Shown piece by piece: positions 25,941 to 39,594 of a DNA stretch of 64,000 nucleotides. Each line of letters opens with the position of its first letter. The stretch's first letter is position 1. The notes under the pieces were generated by a model, which did not search any database, had not been told where the DNA came from, and saw only the letters and a program-made list of their open reading frames with translations. Origin of the DNA: Felis catus (taxonomy: Eukaryota); NCBI RefSeq assembly GCF_018350175.1, contig NC_058368.1, positions 62,312,001-62,376,000 of the forward strand. The letters are read 5' to 3'. The translations under genes were made by a program, and so were the position numbers.

Positions 25941-27054
25941 CTACCAAATTTATAATTCTAATGCTAATTCATTCTTTAAAAAATAAAATTTATCCAAGTT
26001 CTTAATAGGTATTTTGACAAGGAAGTTGTACTAGATTAATTTTTTCCACCTAGGCATCACCAGTATCTCCTTCTAAGGCCCCTTCTGCAAGGTGAGGAAC
26101 AGATAAGAAATACATATTTTGGCATATACCTCCCTCTATGGTTCTGGGGCAGGTCACCAGTGAGAACTCACAGAATATTTGGATGGTACCAGAAAAAGAG
26201 GATAATAATGGGAGTGGCATCCAGATGTATGGACAGACATGAGAGTCACAGCCAGAGAAGCGATCACTTGTGATTCACTTGCTTTATTGCTACAGACTGA
26301 GATAGTAGCAGCTCTATCAGTAAGTCATAAAAATTTCCCAGGGATACTTGAAAATTATGGGCTACGTGCTTTAGTGTCTGTCTGCCTGACCTTTTAGCTA
26401 TAATCTTCCTGACCTTCGGTAGTAATATCCTTAACTATTGTACCCCAAATCTCATCTCATCCAAAAACATTATAAATTCTAACCTCTATATCAAGTCTCT
26501 GTTTTCTTGAATTCAAACCAATTCGGGAGCCCAATAAGCATCTCAACTTTTGCATGCCCAAGACTAACTCTTGCCCTTTACTGTCCCATATCCTGACCCC
26601 AAAGCCTACTTTTTCTAAACTGTTTCCCAGCTCAGTTGACAGAAACCTTATCTGTCTAGGCAATCAGGCAACAAATCCTGAAGCTGTCCTTGATTACTGT
26701 CTCTCTCACACACTCCATTCCCAATTCATTATCAAATGCTATTGAAAAATACAACAGAATCTGACCACTTCTCACCACTTTTTTCAATGCCACCACCCTG
26801 GACTATTAAAAATAGTCATTATTCTGATTACTGTCACAGTCTCTTAATTGGTTTTCCTTCTTCTGCTCTTATTCCCCTGCAGTGTTTTTCTCAACAAAGC
26901 AGTTAGAAGATTAAGTTTTGTTCAACTAATATAGAAAACATCAATAAATTAACACTTTCAAAGTGGTATATACCTTTATAAATAGAAATGTAGACCCAGA
27001 ATCATATTACTTTTAGTAAACTGAAATGGTGTTATACAAAGGCTATGAATACCC

Positions 27055-27235
27055 TCTCAATTTTCATTCTGTCTATGACACCTATTATCTGGGTGACCTT
27101 TGGCAAGTGACATAATCTCCTTTAAATACAATTCGTTCTTCTGGAAGAGAAAGTTAATAATACTTTCCCATAAAGTCATTAACAAAGGACCAAATAAAAT
27201 GTGCTCTGAAAATGGTTGTGGTAATTATTATCATT
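27055..27235 (+). mobile_element. MIR
   Basis: MIR core-like ctgggtgacctttggcaagtgacataatctc. Confidence 0.65.
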
Positions 27236-27599
27236 AGAAACAATGGACCCCTTTATTATAAATACGAGTAAAGTTTGTTGTTATCAGATCCCATGCAGCA
27301 TTTATTTCCTCAAGAGACATAAATATAACAACATATATGCAGACCCATTTTCATTCCCAGGAAGGAATGTCTCTTTTCATTTGGCAGATGGTCGTTGAAC
27401 TAGCTCGAACAATTATTTGGGATCATTAACTCTGAATTGTGTTAAGAAGAATAAGCAAACCCTGCAGGTGAGAAACTAGTTCATTTACCTTACAAAGCAA
27501 TCAAAGCAAATTTCTTATGGGGGAGATGGTGGGACTGGCAGCGATGTGATATAATAGGAAAATATACTGAATTCAGAAAAAGAAGATCTTGGTTGTTGT

Positions 27600-27665
27600 C
27601 TGTTCTCTGTCTCTGTCTCTACCTCTGCCTCTGCATCTATGTCTCTGTCTATGTCTATGTCTAAT
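27600..27665. repeat. Degenerate hexamer repeat (TCTCTG/TCTATG)n
   Basis: Seen directly. Confidence 0.85.
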
Positions 27666-28136
27666 CCATCATCTATAGACGAAGATCTTTATATCTGTTA
27701 AATTCTAGATAGATAAATTGCAAATCTATTTACTTACATAGATTGATCAATAGATCAATTGATCTAGCTACCTTTTCTGGGGAAAAAAGAAGTAACTTTT
27801 CCATACTTTACCTAATATAAAATATTACCACTTTTAGTTCTTCTGAAGTGCCTCCAAAAGAGTTCATTGTTTTTCTTACCCAGTTAACATTAAAAAGTAA
27901 GTTTCAGATAGTTGAATGGGTATTACCTTCCCAAATGCTCTGCCCTAAATATCACACAGGGTTGGGGCATATGGCAGTATGGCAAGAAGACTGACTGATG
28001 TGACTTTAGGTTGTTGTCTACCATCACCAGATGTGACCAGCTTTTTTATCAGAGTCCTAAATTATAGTGACAAGCATGTAACTGACATTTAATTCGTCTT
28101 ATGAAACATGTCCTCTTTATTATCATTGCATATTTA

Positions 28137-28355
28137 TTTTTTTAATTTTTTTTAATTTTTACTTATTTTTGATAGAGATAGAGAGACAGAGTACAAGTGG
28201 GAGAGGGGTAGAGAGAGAAGGAGACACAGAATCCGAAGCGGGCTCCAAGCTCTGAGCTGTCAGCATAGAGCCTCACACAGGGCTTGAACTCATGAACCAT
28301 GAGATTATGACCTGAGATGAAGTTGGACACTAACTGACTAAGGCACCCAGACACC
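28137..28355 (-). mobile_element. Can-SINE (SINEC)
   Basis: Antisense SINE body; TSD ttgcatattta / ttgcctattta. Confidence 0.96.
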
Positions 28356-29399
28356 ATTTTTTGCCTATTTAAATATGTAAGTTTTTGTTTATACTTTAGT
28401 GGGTATTTTGGCACCCAGGACAATTAGGTTGCTCTGGGATCTCATCAGGCCACAGGAAATTTGCTGAGACTATCTGAGGCACTTAAGACACTATCCACCT
28501 TGTATTTTCAACTAGACATTTTTTTTTTCTTACTGGATTTTTTTTTTCATTTATCATGTGTTAACATGGGGAGTTTGCACAAATCTCTAGTCCCATCCTC
28601 GCCAAGCTAACAGATGGAGTGTTCAAAATTTTACTTACCTAGGAATGTACGAAATAGAAAATTATATTTTTCTCCTCCTGATTCTCTAGCTCTATCCACC
28701 TGGAGAAGAATTAACAGATTTGGAAAATTTAGGCTGTATTGTATCTATCAGGCAAACGTACATTGAGCTCCCCTCAACCTTGCTACCTCCCACAATACAA
28801 AAGCATTGTTCTTAATGTTTGTACCATTTATTGCTTGTGGCAAAAGATTCTTCTGTACTACAAGATAGCTAGCTATCTCAATGCAATAACCAGCAAGATA
28901 CAAAAAAAAACCTGATAATATTCCAAAATATCATTCTACTAGACTTTTACATCACATTGAGCCTTTCAATTTGACTCTTTTGTTATCAAAATATGCCTTA
29001 TCTTATGTTGATAAACAATTCAGTTTTCAGGGCTCTAAAAGCTGCTTGGGTTTTGAGTTGTCTTCTCTGTGTCTTATGACTATATACAGACATCTTAAAA
29101 TGAGTGTTTCAGTTTATCGGCCATAGCAGATGAAACACTGTCTACTACATTAACTATTTAACTATTAACACTGTCTACTACAAACTATTTGATAATGTTA
29201 ATAAGTGAACTAATTAGCCAATTACTATAATTATTAATGTTTTCTAATTAAGATGCATTTGGGGGCTCCCCAATTCAAAAGGATCATAGCAGGACAACTA
29301 CTGATTTTTTTCTTGATAATACATATATATAGAGAGAGAAAAAAGCAGATAAAATATAGGCCAAGAAAAGCACATTGAAAACCCTCAGATTTTCTAACT

Positions 29400-29910
29400 T
29401 TATTGCACAGTATATTCTAAAATCTATTTTCTTAAAATTTGTCTAAGAGTACAAATTTAGAGTGTTTCAATGTTTTTGTGATCATAAACTCCGCATATAC
29501 TTATGCCGACTTAAAGAGACTCCTATTAAATAAATTTGTAGAAGTACACACTCCAGGGAAAAGATACACATATAAAATTTCAACAGATAATGCCAAATTA
29601 TTCTTCAGTTGTGGCAACAATTCCTTTCCTTTCAAGGTTGTACATAACATGGTCTGTTTTCCCAAATTTAACTAATGGTTTTAAAAACTCTTAGTTTTTT
29701 TTTTTGAATATCGTATCTGAGAAATGGTATTTTGTTTTAATTTTCTTATAATTTTCATATATTTATTGGCTTTTTATGCTTTAGCTTTTGAGTTGTCATT
29801 TTTATTTTGGACCATTTTCTCTACTGTTTCTTTAAAAAACATTTAAAACATAGGTAGTAATCCTTTGCCTATTACGTATATTCCAATTATTTTCTTCCAG
29901 TTTGTTATAT
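29400..29910 (-). mobile_element. Very old L1ME-type fragment
   Basis: Antisense L1 motifs (aaatggtattttgttttaatt, ttttcatatatttattggc, gtaatcctttgcctattacgtatattcca). Confidence 0.55.
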
Positions 29911-30269
29911 AAAAAACATTTCATTAATCCTTTCTTTAGCTATTGTTTAACTTACTTTAAGTTACTCTTTTATGGTAGTGACTGTAGGCTACTTAATAGA
30001 AATTCTATTTGGTACTTTATCAAATCTAGCTTCTATTTACAATATTGTGAATCCTTGCAATTTAGGGTCTATTAGTTTATAGCCATGATATTTTGTATCT
30101 TCAAAATACATTATTTATTTTTATAAAATATAAATAAATATAAAATAAAATTTTATATATATTTTCATTTTTTATCTCTCTGAATGCACTTAAACCTAAA
30201 TGAATTAAGTCTCTTTTAGATTGCTCTATTATCTTTAGTTCCTGGGGTGTGAATTTGCCAACTCATTGA

Positions 30270-30704
30270 TGAATGATCCCAGTTATGACCAAATGCTCAT
30301 AATTACTAATAACTGACTCAATGACTTGGCTTGACTAAACTTTAGTAAATCTTCACAAGTTTCTTTCCCATTCTCCCTGATTTTGGGCTTGACTCCAAGC
30401 TTCAACAATCAATATAGTGCAGAACATTACCCTTAAAAACTCATTCTCGGAATTGGCCAACCATAGAGAGTATGTTTTCTGTTAAACAGCTCAATTGATA
30501 CTGTATGTTCACTCCCATCTGCTTGACCCATTTCCCTACAAAGTCCCTGCTAACCCCAATTATTCTTCCCTATAAAAGAAAAGCTTTTTTCTCTTTGATT
30601 TTGAGACACTCACACATGCTGAGGTCAGACTGTTCTCTTTATTAAATAATCTTTTCAAATAAAGTCTCTCCTTACCTAAGTCTAGATTTGTTTTTTAATT
30701 GACC
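30270..30704 (+). mobile_element. ERV1-class solo LTR (MER34-like)
   Basis: TATA-like tataaaag at ~30571, aataaa at ~30658, 3' end aagtctagatttgttttttaattgacca; 5' boundary uncertain. Confidence 0.65.
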
Positions 30705-31676
30705 ACTGGCAATAAGTTTCTATGTATCCTTTGTGACTGCAGCATGTGAAATCATTAACAAGGTTCTCTATTCACAGATATGATGGCTTTGCTCAGCTTC
30801 CAGCTTTCTAAGGTTTTATCAGTTTTTGTTATAACCATGCATGTGTCTGATCTCCATATTAATTTTAAAATCCAAGCCACTAAACATATATTGAGTCAAA
30901 ATATGCTGAAACACTAATGCAACTTTAATTCCAGCTTACCACTGTGGCTTTGAATTCTCTTTTTTGTTAGCACTTGGATATCCCCTTTTCTTGTTTTTAA
31001 GCTTATCTATATATTAAAATTACTTTTGTACTCAACATTTCTATATGCTGGGGCATCATAAAATTTCATAAAGGGAGTAAAATATCATAGCATATCAGTT
31101 AAATTCACCATAACAAATTGAATTATTCTTTTGAAAGTGTGTAAAATAGTATACTAAATAACATTATGTGGCTGTTAGAATATACAACTGAGCACTATGC
31201 ATTGGAATAGCAAAAAATATAATCCATAGTATTGTATTATTAAGTGAAAAAAGTAAGTTAAAGAGTAGTATTTATAACATAATTCCTTTTTGTTAAAATA
31301 TCTTTTGATAGTATTTGGATAGACATATATCTTGGATGAATACATATGAAACTATTAAGAATGGTTAGCTTCAGGAGGTAGGATTAGAATAGGATTAAGA
31401 GCTTTTTTTCCTCAGAATGCCTTGACTGATGTTCTTTTAGATGGCTAAATTTTCTTTTCCTTATTTCTTTTCTCTTACATGAAATATATCAGTGAGCAAT
31501 TGTGTAAGTACTTGTAAAAGATGAATTCATAGGCAGTACTGCCTAAATCATAAATTGTACAAGTATTTTGGTAAACTTTACTTTCAACGTGTATTCTCTA
31601 GAGGATTTTTTAAATATTGTTTTGTTGGACTGTATTTAAAACATGCAGATATTTTATGATTACTAATGAATATTTA

Positions 31677-31928
31677 AGGTACAACCTACTACCTAGCTAC
31701 TATAGTCAGTAATATTGTATTATACACTTTAAAATTGCTAAGAGACCAGATTTTAAATTTTCTTACCATAAAAAAGAATTTATAATTATGTGACCTGATA
31801 GAGGTGTTACCTAATGCTACAGTAGGAATCATATTGCACTATATAAATGTATCAAATCAACACCTTGTCCATTTTAAAGTTACACAATGATATATGCCAA
31901 TCACATCTCAACAGAAATTTAATTTAAA
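31677..31928 (+). mobile_element. L1 3'-end fragment (L1MA9-like)
   Basis: actatagtcagtaatattgtattatacactttaaaattgctaagagac...atgtatcaaatcaacaccttg; imperfect TSD aatgaata(tt/gt). Confidence 0.85.
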
Positions 31929-32876
31929 AATGAATAGTAAATTTTCTTGATTTTATTTTTGTGCAGGAAAGTTACATGATTAAACACCTTTAGAGAGACC
32001 ATACGACTCTGGTCCCCACAGCAAGGAGGGACTAAGAGCAAGTTGCCTTGAGGTAGGAGAGACATGTTTTGTTTTGTTTCTTAATTTTATGTCCTGTTTA
32101 ATTCTTACTTAGGCAGAAAGAGGCTTTTTTATACTTAAATTTAGCTGCCTTCACTTGTAAAACATTCCTTGCCCTCACAACACTCCCCAAAGGAATAAGA
32201 AATAGTCTACAAAAATGTGTAACTCCTGAGGTCTTATGAATGAGCAGCCAAACTTCGGTGGTCAAATCACATCAAGCAGTGTGAGTGGTTCCGAAGAGCA
32301 GATGCAGGCAGACCCAGGGAGCATAGCCAGCTATCTTTCACATAATTTAAACAACAACAAAAGAAAGTGTTTACCAATAACACTCAGAGGTGATCGTGCA
32401 CATTCACATCGTATTATAATTATTAAATGGAGATTCTTACACAGCTTACTGCCTCAAAACATACTTCATTTTCTTCTCACCACCTGGAGGAGTCTATAAA
32501 ATGGCATAAACCAGGCAATATTTGGATTGATGTTTCAGGGATACGTCAAACTTTCCCAGAAAAACTGGAAGTACTTCCAAGAAAGGAAAGCAACTTGTGC
32601 TGATGCAAGAATGTATGAGGTGATATGGAATGTTTAAGAATACATAAAATGCACAAAACTCCTGAAGAGAGGGAGATAGGATTCGATTGGAATTTCAAGA
32701 GATGCAGATGATAAGCAAATATGGGCCAAAAGGCAATCAACCAGCTATGACGTGCTAGGAATTTCTGTACCTCATTCTGAAAGGTACTAGTACTAAAAAG
32801 ATTAGTGTGTACAAAAAGTTTAGTGGACATTTTCAAAGATTCTAATCCATTGGTCTAAGGTAAAAACTAGAAATCT

Positions 32877-32982
32877 TTTTGAGCAACTTTTGCAAATTGA
32901 AAAATATATTTGATTTATATAAATATAAATTTTAAGCAACTTTTGTAAATTGAAAAATACATTTGATACATATGAATATAAT
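32877..32982. repeat. 53-bp tandem duplication (2 copies, 7 mismatches)
   Basis: 32877-32929 aligns without gaps to 32930-32982. Confidence 0.9.
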
Positions 32983-33638
32983 ATGATAAATGGTTTGACA
33001 TGAGTATTCATATAATAAAACTAAGCTTTAGTTAAAAGACATTTGTAATTTTTACATTTTAAAACCTAAATTAAAATAGTGAATTAGAAGTAAATATGAC
33101 CAGAACCATTTAGGAAACAGAAAACTAAAAATTGATACAACCATTTTCCAACATTCGCAGTGCTTAATAAAAGCCACGATGTGAACAGAAATCAAGGTTA
33201 CTGTGCTAAAGTAATTTAAAACACTTTCATGCCTCATATTACTATCTCTAGTTCAATTTAATGAAGATCTGTATTTGGAGAACAGAGATAATTCTGGTGC
33301 TACTTCAATAGAGCAATATAAAGTTTCTCAAATTTTACAAATATGTGATCCACAAGTTTTTCATTTGCAAATCAGAAGGTGTTTTAGTGATATTGTGCCA
33401 GGACATCATTCTGAATGACATTGAGCAATGACTTGTCTTTTCCCGGTGTGAGTTTCTTTACTTCTAAGCAATAGAAAGAAATTGAAAGACATAATCTTTA
33501 ATATCTTTTACAATAATAATAATTTGGTTCCACCAAATATCCAATAGGAATACCTGTGTATACGTAATCACATAACTAGGTGACTATGGCATAGAGGAAA
33601 TGGAAAATGCAGAAGACTGAATAGGAACATGTGATCCA

Positions 33639-33855
33639 GGGGTGCCTGGGTGGCTTACTCGGTTAGGCCTTCAACTTCAGCTCAGGTCATGATTTCACGG
33701 TTCAGGAGTTCAAGCCCCACATTGAGCTCTGTGCTGACAGCTCAGAGCCTGGAGCCTGCTTTGGATTCTCTCTGTCTCTCTCTCTGCCCCTCCCCTACTT
33801 GTGTGTGCTCTCTCTCTCTCTCTCTGAAATAATAAGTGAATAAATTAAAAAAAAA
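33639..33855 (+). mobile_element. Can-SINE (SINEC)
   Basis: Full head, (CT)n and tail; TSD gaacatgtgatcca / gaatatgtgatcta. Confidence 0.97.
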
Positions 33856-34099
33856 GAATATGTGATCTAGAGAGGAAGTAATGCGCATTGACTTAGATAT
33901 ACTAAAGACACAAAAAGCATTTATAAAATTATGTACATATTGGAAACATGCTGAACCTAGCATTTGCAGATACACACCCAACCTTATTTTATTATATACT
34001 ACCAAGTTAAATATAAATCCTAGAACATGTTAGAAAAAAAGATGGTAATGCAAAGCAGACGTAGAAAACCCATGAATTCATTGGAAGAGAGGATAGAAA

Positions 34100-34800
34100 G
34101 CTATATGACCTAATTGCTAGACATAGGTTTAATAAAGTATCTGTAAGGGAGGAGGTATGACCTTGGGCCTCAATAAGATCAGAAACTAGAACCAAAATCA
34201 GTGCTACAGAACATAATCCAATTCATGACATAATAATTCATAAGAATTACGCTAGAAAAAAAACTGCGTATGGACCTATGAAAGTACCAGAAGTCCATAG
34301 CAGCATTCACTGCTCTAGAGGGAATTCAGAGACTCCAAGAGTAAAACAAACAAACAAACAAACAAACCCAAAACAAAACAAAACAACAACAACAAAAAAA
34401 CACCTGAATATTTTGAAGATGATTGCATTATCTAAAATTATAAAAGACACAGACACCAATCATCCATGAGGGGGTACACCAGAATTAACAAAATTGAACC
34501 ATTCACAGCATAATCATTTATGATGTTAAAACAATTTGAAAAAGTCTGTAAAAATATTTGCACCAAGTGTATAAACAGATAAATAGAAAATCATATCATA
34601 ATTAAAGCAAAGGAAAAATGTTAAGGGGCAAAACTGTTAAAAGGTATAAATAGATCATCTAGAAATTTTAATATAATTTTTGAAATAAAAGAAATCTGGA
34701 GAACTTAATCAAACTTCAGATCAGAGGTGAAGAGATTTCAAAAGTAGTGGAAGGTAGATCTAAGTCAATTGGCTAAAGCAAAGCACAGAAAGATGGACAA
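34100..34800 (+). mobile_element. Degraded L1 5'/ORF1-like fragment
   Basis: A-rich sequence with L1 ORF1-like motifs; weak. Confidence 0.4.
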
Positions 34801-37747
34801 AGGACTCTGTAGTATTTAATTAAGGGCAGTCACACTACAGCTCTTACATTAAAAGGCCAATTTTATAATAAATTAGAGAAAATACACTAATCTTTCTATA
34901 TGGGCTCATCACATGAACAGGTCCAGGGACACATGTCACATTATAGCAAACATAAACAGTGCCAGAGTCGTGCACTACATAACCTGCATGGTCCTATACA
35001 GAGAACTCCTCCTCCATTTATTTCCTCCCTCATATATTATTCCTAAACATATATCTCTTAGTTGTAACCCACAGAATACAATATTTGCATAACCACTGTT
35101 ATCAAATAAAATTAGGAAAAGGTTTCTACAATCCAGCTCCTACAAAATGCCTGCTTAAGAATTTTATCTTAGAACTTTTTATAGGAATTGTTAGGCATTC
35201 TCATAGATGTTTTAATTCCCACTAAACTTATTTCAGTAAATTACAAATTAACATTAAGCCTTCTATTTCACTGATATTCAATTCAAGAAGTATTCATTTA
35301 AGAATGATTTGTATGTCTTCAGCCAATACTTTCAGTCTACTGCAATGTATTTGTTATCATAGTTTATTCTTTATAAAAGGATTCACTGAAAGAAGCCCTC
35401 TTCCTCTCTGTATGTATTTCCAGGAGATAACAATGCTCCCCATCCCCACCCCCAAATATATATAAGCTTTCTTTGTCAGACAGTAAATTGTCTGGAATTG
35501 GGAAAATTAGTTACCTCTGTGTCACTCCAGCTATCCTTTGAATCCATTATTCTTTATTGAGAAAGCTCATTCCCCTGCATATTTTAATGCAATTCCAGAA
35601 ATTACAACAATAGCACTCTACATTCATTATGATAGAATGATGATCTCTTCTGCTTTCTAGCCCAGTGCCATTCAGTGAATTTAAACCTTTAAAAAAAAAC
35701 ATGTATTCAGTGTGATAGGAAAGCACTTTGGTAGGAATGTTACTAATGTCTAGTAGACATCCCAATAAATAAACCTTTCTTTATTCTCCAGATGTGGTTT
35801 TTATTCAGCATTACTATTCACAGTAAACAACAGACTGGTGAAATAGACAGTACAGGTTTAATGATGAATTAAACTGCATTGCATTGACATTCTCTAAGCC
35901 AGTGAGCTCTATATAATTGATTTTCTTTCAGATGTCAATGTGAAACAGCAGTTTGAAAGTGACATCCCCAAATAAATTCTGATTGTTGACCCTTGCCGTA
36001 ACTGTCTTTCTGTATCTCATTAGCTGAGGCATTAAACCTGTAAGTTTCTTCACCTGTATTACATGGTAAGAATAATGATTTTCAACCAGAAGATAGTGAG
36101 GGCAACTGTTGACTATACAGCTTTTAAGACATTAGAGAATATTGATTCGTAGTGTTTTCAATGCAGATAAAATCTATGCCAATTTGTTGATCATTATGAA
36201 TATATTTTATCTCAGCATATACGTATACAAATTGTATTGTAAATTATATACATTATTGAGGTTAATTTCTAAAATGTTGATGTTTAACTGACTTTAAATG
36301 TCAGAAAATACTTTCAGATTGATAAACAGACAACATTTTACAGTACTTGAAACGAAATGCAATTTTCTTTCACCCTTAGGGTTTGCGTTTACCCTGTAGT
36401 TTCTGTCTTTACCAGAAACATAGTGGCTTGCATTGAAAACATGTTTTGAAATAAGCATTATTTATATTTTATTGAATATTGGGGTTTTAACAAGTCATAG
36501 CATGTTTGTACTACTCATGGCACTATTATTTTAATGGTATGTATGATACTGAAGCTCCAGTGGCGTTTTTCTGGGATGAACAAGTAAATTGGAACAATTA
36601 GCAAGTCCAAACACCCTAGAGAGATTGGGCCAGGAGATTGAAATAAGAAAGGAAAAGGGAATATGAAGCTGCAACTCGGAGTCTCATTTGGTGGCTTCTC
36701 GTTAAAGAAGAGAAGATCAGAGGAAGCTGGTTATTTCTTTTAGTTCTAGGGTGTGTATGGCGTGAACTATTAAGGCAGAAAGGATATCTATTGGGTAAAG
36801 GGAAATATTCCACTCGTTGTCTTCAGGCTCCTTCATTGGCCATTTTTATTACTAGGCTAGACCTGAAGGCACCAGGGCACATGGTCTGGGTGTGGTGCAT
36901 GTAAAATTTTCGAGAAAGAGAAAGTAGGAGATAGTAGCTCCTCTACGAGATGATCCAAGAGTGAATATGGTGAAAAGAAGTGGAGGCGGTGGGATGAGAA
37001 GCCCCAGTATGCTGGCCCTTTCGTTAGTGCCTATCTGGGATCACTCTGTTGATGGCCTCTTGCTTCTGAAACCCAATATGCCTCTGACCACATGGGGTGC
37101 AGGGGAAGCTGTAGGTAGAGAAAGTGAAGACCCACAATTGTCTCCAAAAAATATAAACACAAAGGCAAAAACCTGAGCCAAGCTCTGACTAGACATGAAT
37201 TCTGATCGGAGGGGATAACTGAATATTATTTTCAGGGAAAGAATTTGGAAGTTTATTTCCCATTTCCAAAATCTGCTTTCAGATCTCTTTGGTATGGTTG
37301 TAATTAGAAACTCCCAGGAATAACTCCAGTGTTTTGTCACTAGGTACAAGGTGATTTTTGGAAGCATACATCAATCAAATGGGATTTCTCTAAATACTTC
37401 ATCAATAGGTAGACCAATCCAGTTAAAGTGAAAAAACAAAACAAAACATTTTGTTTTGTAGAACTCGATACTTAGTCCAACCAGCAAGCTAGTAATGTGG
37501 CTGTAGATGAGACCAGAGCCATTTTCCAGGATTACTTTATACCTTGGTGATGCCTACTTATGTTTATTTTTGTAAACACCAAGCATTGTTTATGGTACCA
37601 TGGAAATTTCATTTATTATGAACAAACACAGTATTTGGAAATTGTGAACTAAGCCTTCTCCCAAAATGGTAGTTATTAATTGTAGTCGAAGAAATGAATG
37701 CTAAACCATATCAGCTTAAAATAGCCATAAAATATGAAGAATTTTAA

Positions 37748-37960
37748 GGGTGCCTGGGTGGATCAGCCTTCTTTATTTTGGCTCTCATGGTTCTTGGGAT
37801 TGAGCCCCCACATGGGGCTCTGCACTGACAGCGCAAGGCCTACTTGGGATTCTCTCTTGCTTTCCCTCTCTTCCTGCCCCTCCCCCATTCATGCTTTCTC
37901 TCATTCTCTCTCTCTCTCAAAAATAAATAAATACACATTTTAAAAAATAAATAAGTATAT
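37748..37960 (+). mobile_element. Can-SINE with deletions in the tRNA-derived head
   Basis: gggtgcctgggtggatcag...; TSD atatgaagaattttaa / atatgaaaaattttag. Confidence 0.93.
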
Positions 37961-38186
37961 ATATGAAAAATTTTAGATTTGTTTGTTAAAGGTTGAAGAA
38001 ATAAAAATAAATTAGTACCTTCTAATTATTGGTTATAAAAGGAAAAAAGAGAGAAAGGAGAAAGGAGGGAGGGAGGAAAGAATAATCCATTTGCATCTTG
38101 TTTTTACCTAAGCCATTCTATCTTTATTTATCTTTAAAGACAAAGATGAAAACTTAAATCCATCAGTAGAGATTGGAGATAGACTT

Positions 38187-38219
38187 TTTAAAAAATATTT
38201 TTAATGTTTATTTATTTTT

Positions 38220-38259
<40 letters not shown>

Positions 38260-38402
38260 AGGGGAAGGACAGAGAGAGAGAGGGAGACACAGAATCCCAA
38301 GCAGCCTCCAGGCTCTGTGCTTTGGCACAGAGCCTGACATGGGGCTCGAAGTCACGAACTGCAAGATCATGACCTGAGCCGAAGTTGCCACCCAGGAGCC
38401 CC
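38187..38402 (-). mobile_element. Can-SINE with short head deletion
   Basis: Antisense SINE; TSD agattggagatagactt / agattggagcaagactt. Confidence 0.95.
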
Positions 38403-39594
38403 TAGATTGGAGCAAGACTTCTTATCATAGTTATCACTCATAAATTTTAATAAAACTTTAGAATATAGAATACAGATGTCTTTTTTTCCAGATTAAAGAG
38501 GTAGTAGTAAACCTTTATGTAACAAAACATAGTTGTGATTAAGTTATTGCCATTAACATCCCCAACCAAATGATGGTTTGCCTCAGACCATGGAGAGGAT
38601 GGCTGTGTTGACATGTTAAATATACCTGTGGTTCAGCAAAAAAATAAAATGCATTAGAAACTAAGTTATGTAGCATGATCCATTAGCCTTATACATGACA
38701 AGATATGTAACTTTGGTACAAGAAAATATGATCCTGGAACCTAGAAGTTACATCCAGATGGGGTGGCATAAAAGGAATAAATGGATCACCTTTTTGACAA
38801 AAATGTAGATCTTGAACACTGAGTTTCAGCAGCAACACTGTTCCTCTCTACTTACGGACACCATAAAATGTGATAAAAAGCCGCACACCACATTTCTAAA
38901 CTCCTATAACTGCCATGATTTTAGGCTCCTCTAAATTTCTTTAGGCTGCTGAAGCTACCAAATTTCAGATGTGTTTTTATGAGAAACAAATAAGACTCTA
39001 GAGAATGTGTGAAACCAACAGTATTTCTCAGAAGAGCTCCTCTAATTTATAATATATAAAGGACTGAACTAACAATACACACTAACTACGTTCATTTTTG
39101 CCAAACTATTCGCCATGGGGCATAAGCAATTATTTTCTTAAATTAAGATCAAGTTAAGATGCTCATTTAATAAAAAAAAAAAGTTTCTATTCTCATGATG
39201 TATCAGGAAAATTAAAACATGTGAAAGGTAAGTATAAATACTCTGCCTTTAGAGTTAAGTTACCTTGCATTTTCATTTAGACTGCATTCTAGATAACACA
39301 ATTACAAGTTGAACTAAGTTTCAAATCTATGCCTTTCAAATTCCAGAAGTCATGCTTTTCCAAGGATATGATGGCAGTCCCTTAGTGCTATTTCCTTCCT
39401 AAGATCTATTTTCTAGGTAAGAATACATTTTTCCACTATCACAGTAGGAATGTGATTCTGGAAGAATGCAAAAATAAACTGTTATTATTGCTTTATTTAG
39501 CAAATTTCACCTGCCAATGTATTGAATGATGGTGGACAGGGAGCCATTTTTATATTTATTTGTTTAATTATGCTCCCTTGATGCACCTGTTTAT

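Larger units (their letters stand above)
24220..26920 (+). mobile_element. L2 relic split by later insertions (pieces ~24220-24410, 25370-25500, 25940-26060, 26470-26920)
   Basis: L2 motifs: catctcaacttttgcatgcccaagactaactc, gtttcccagctcagttgacagaaac, cagaatctgaccacttctcacc. Confidence 0.7.

Noticed and set aside
27742..27766. 16-bp palindrome tagatcaattgatcta
   Set aside because: It lies in GATA/GATC low-complexity sequence and is too short to imply function.
38850..38960. Minus-strand donor TCC|gtaagt
   Set aside because: No pyrimidine-tract acceptor upstream, and stops occur in all longer frames.
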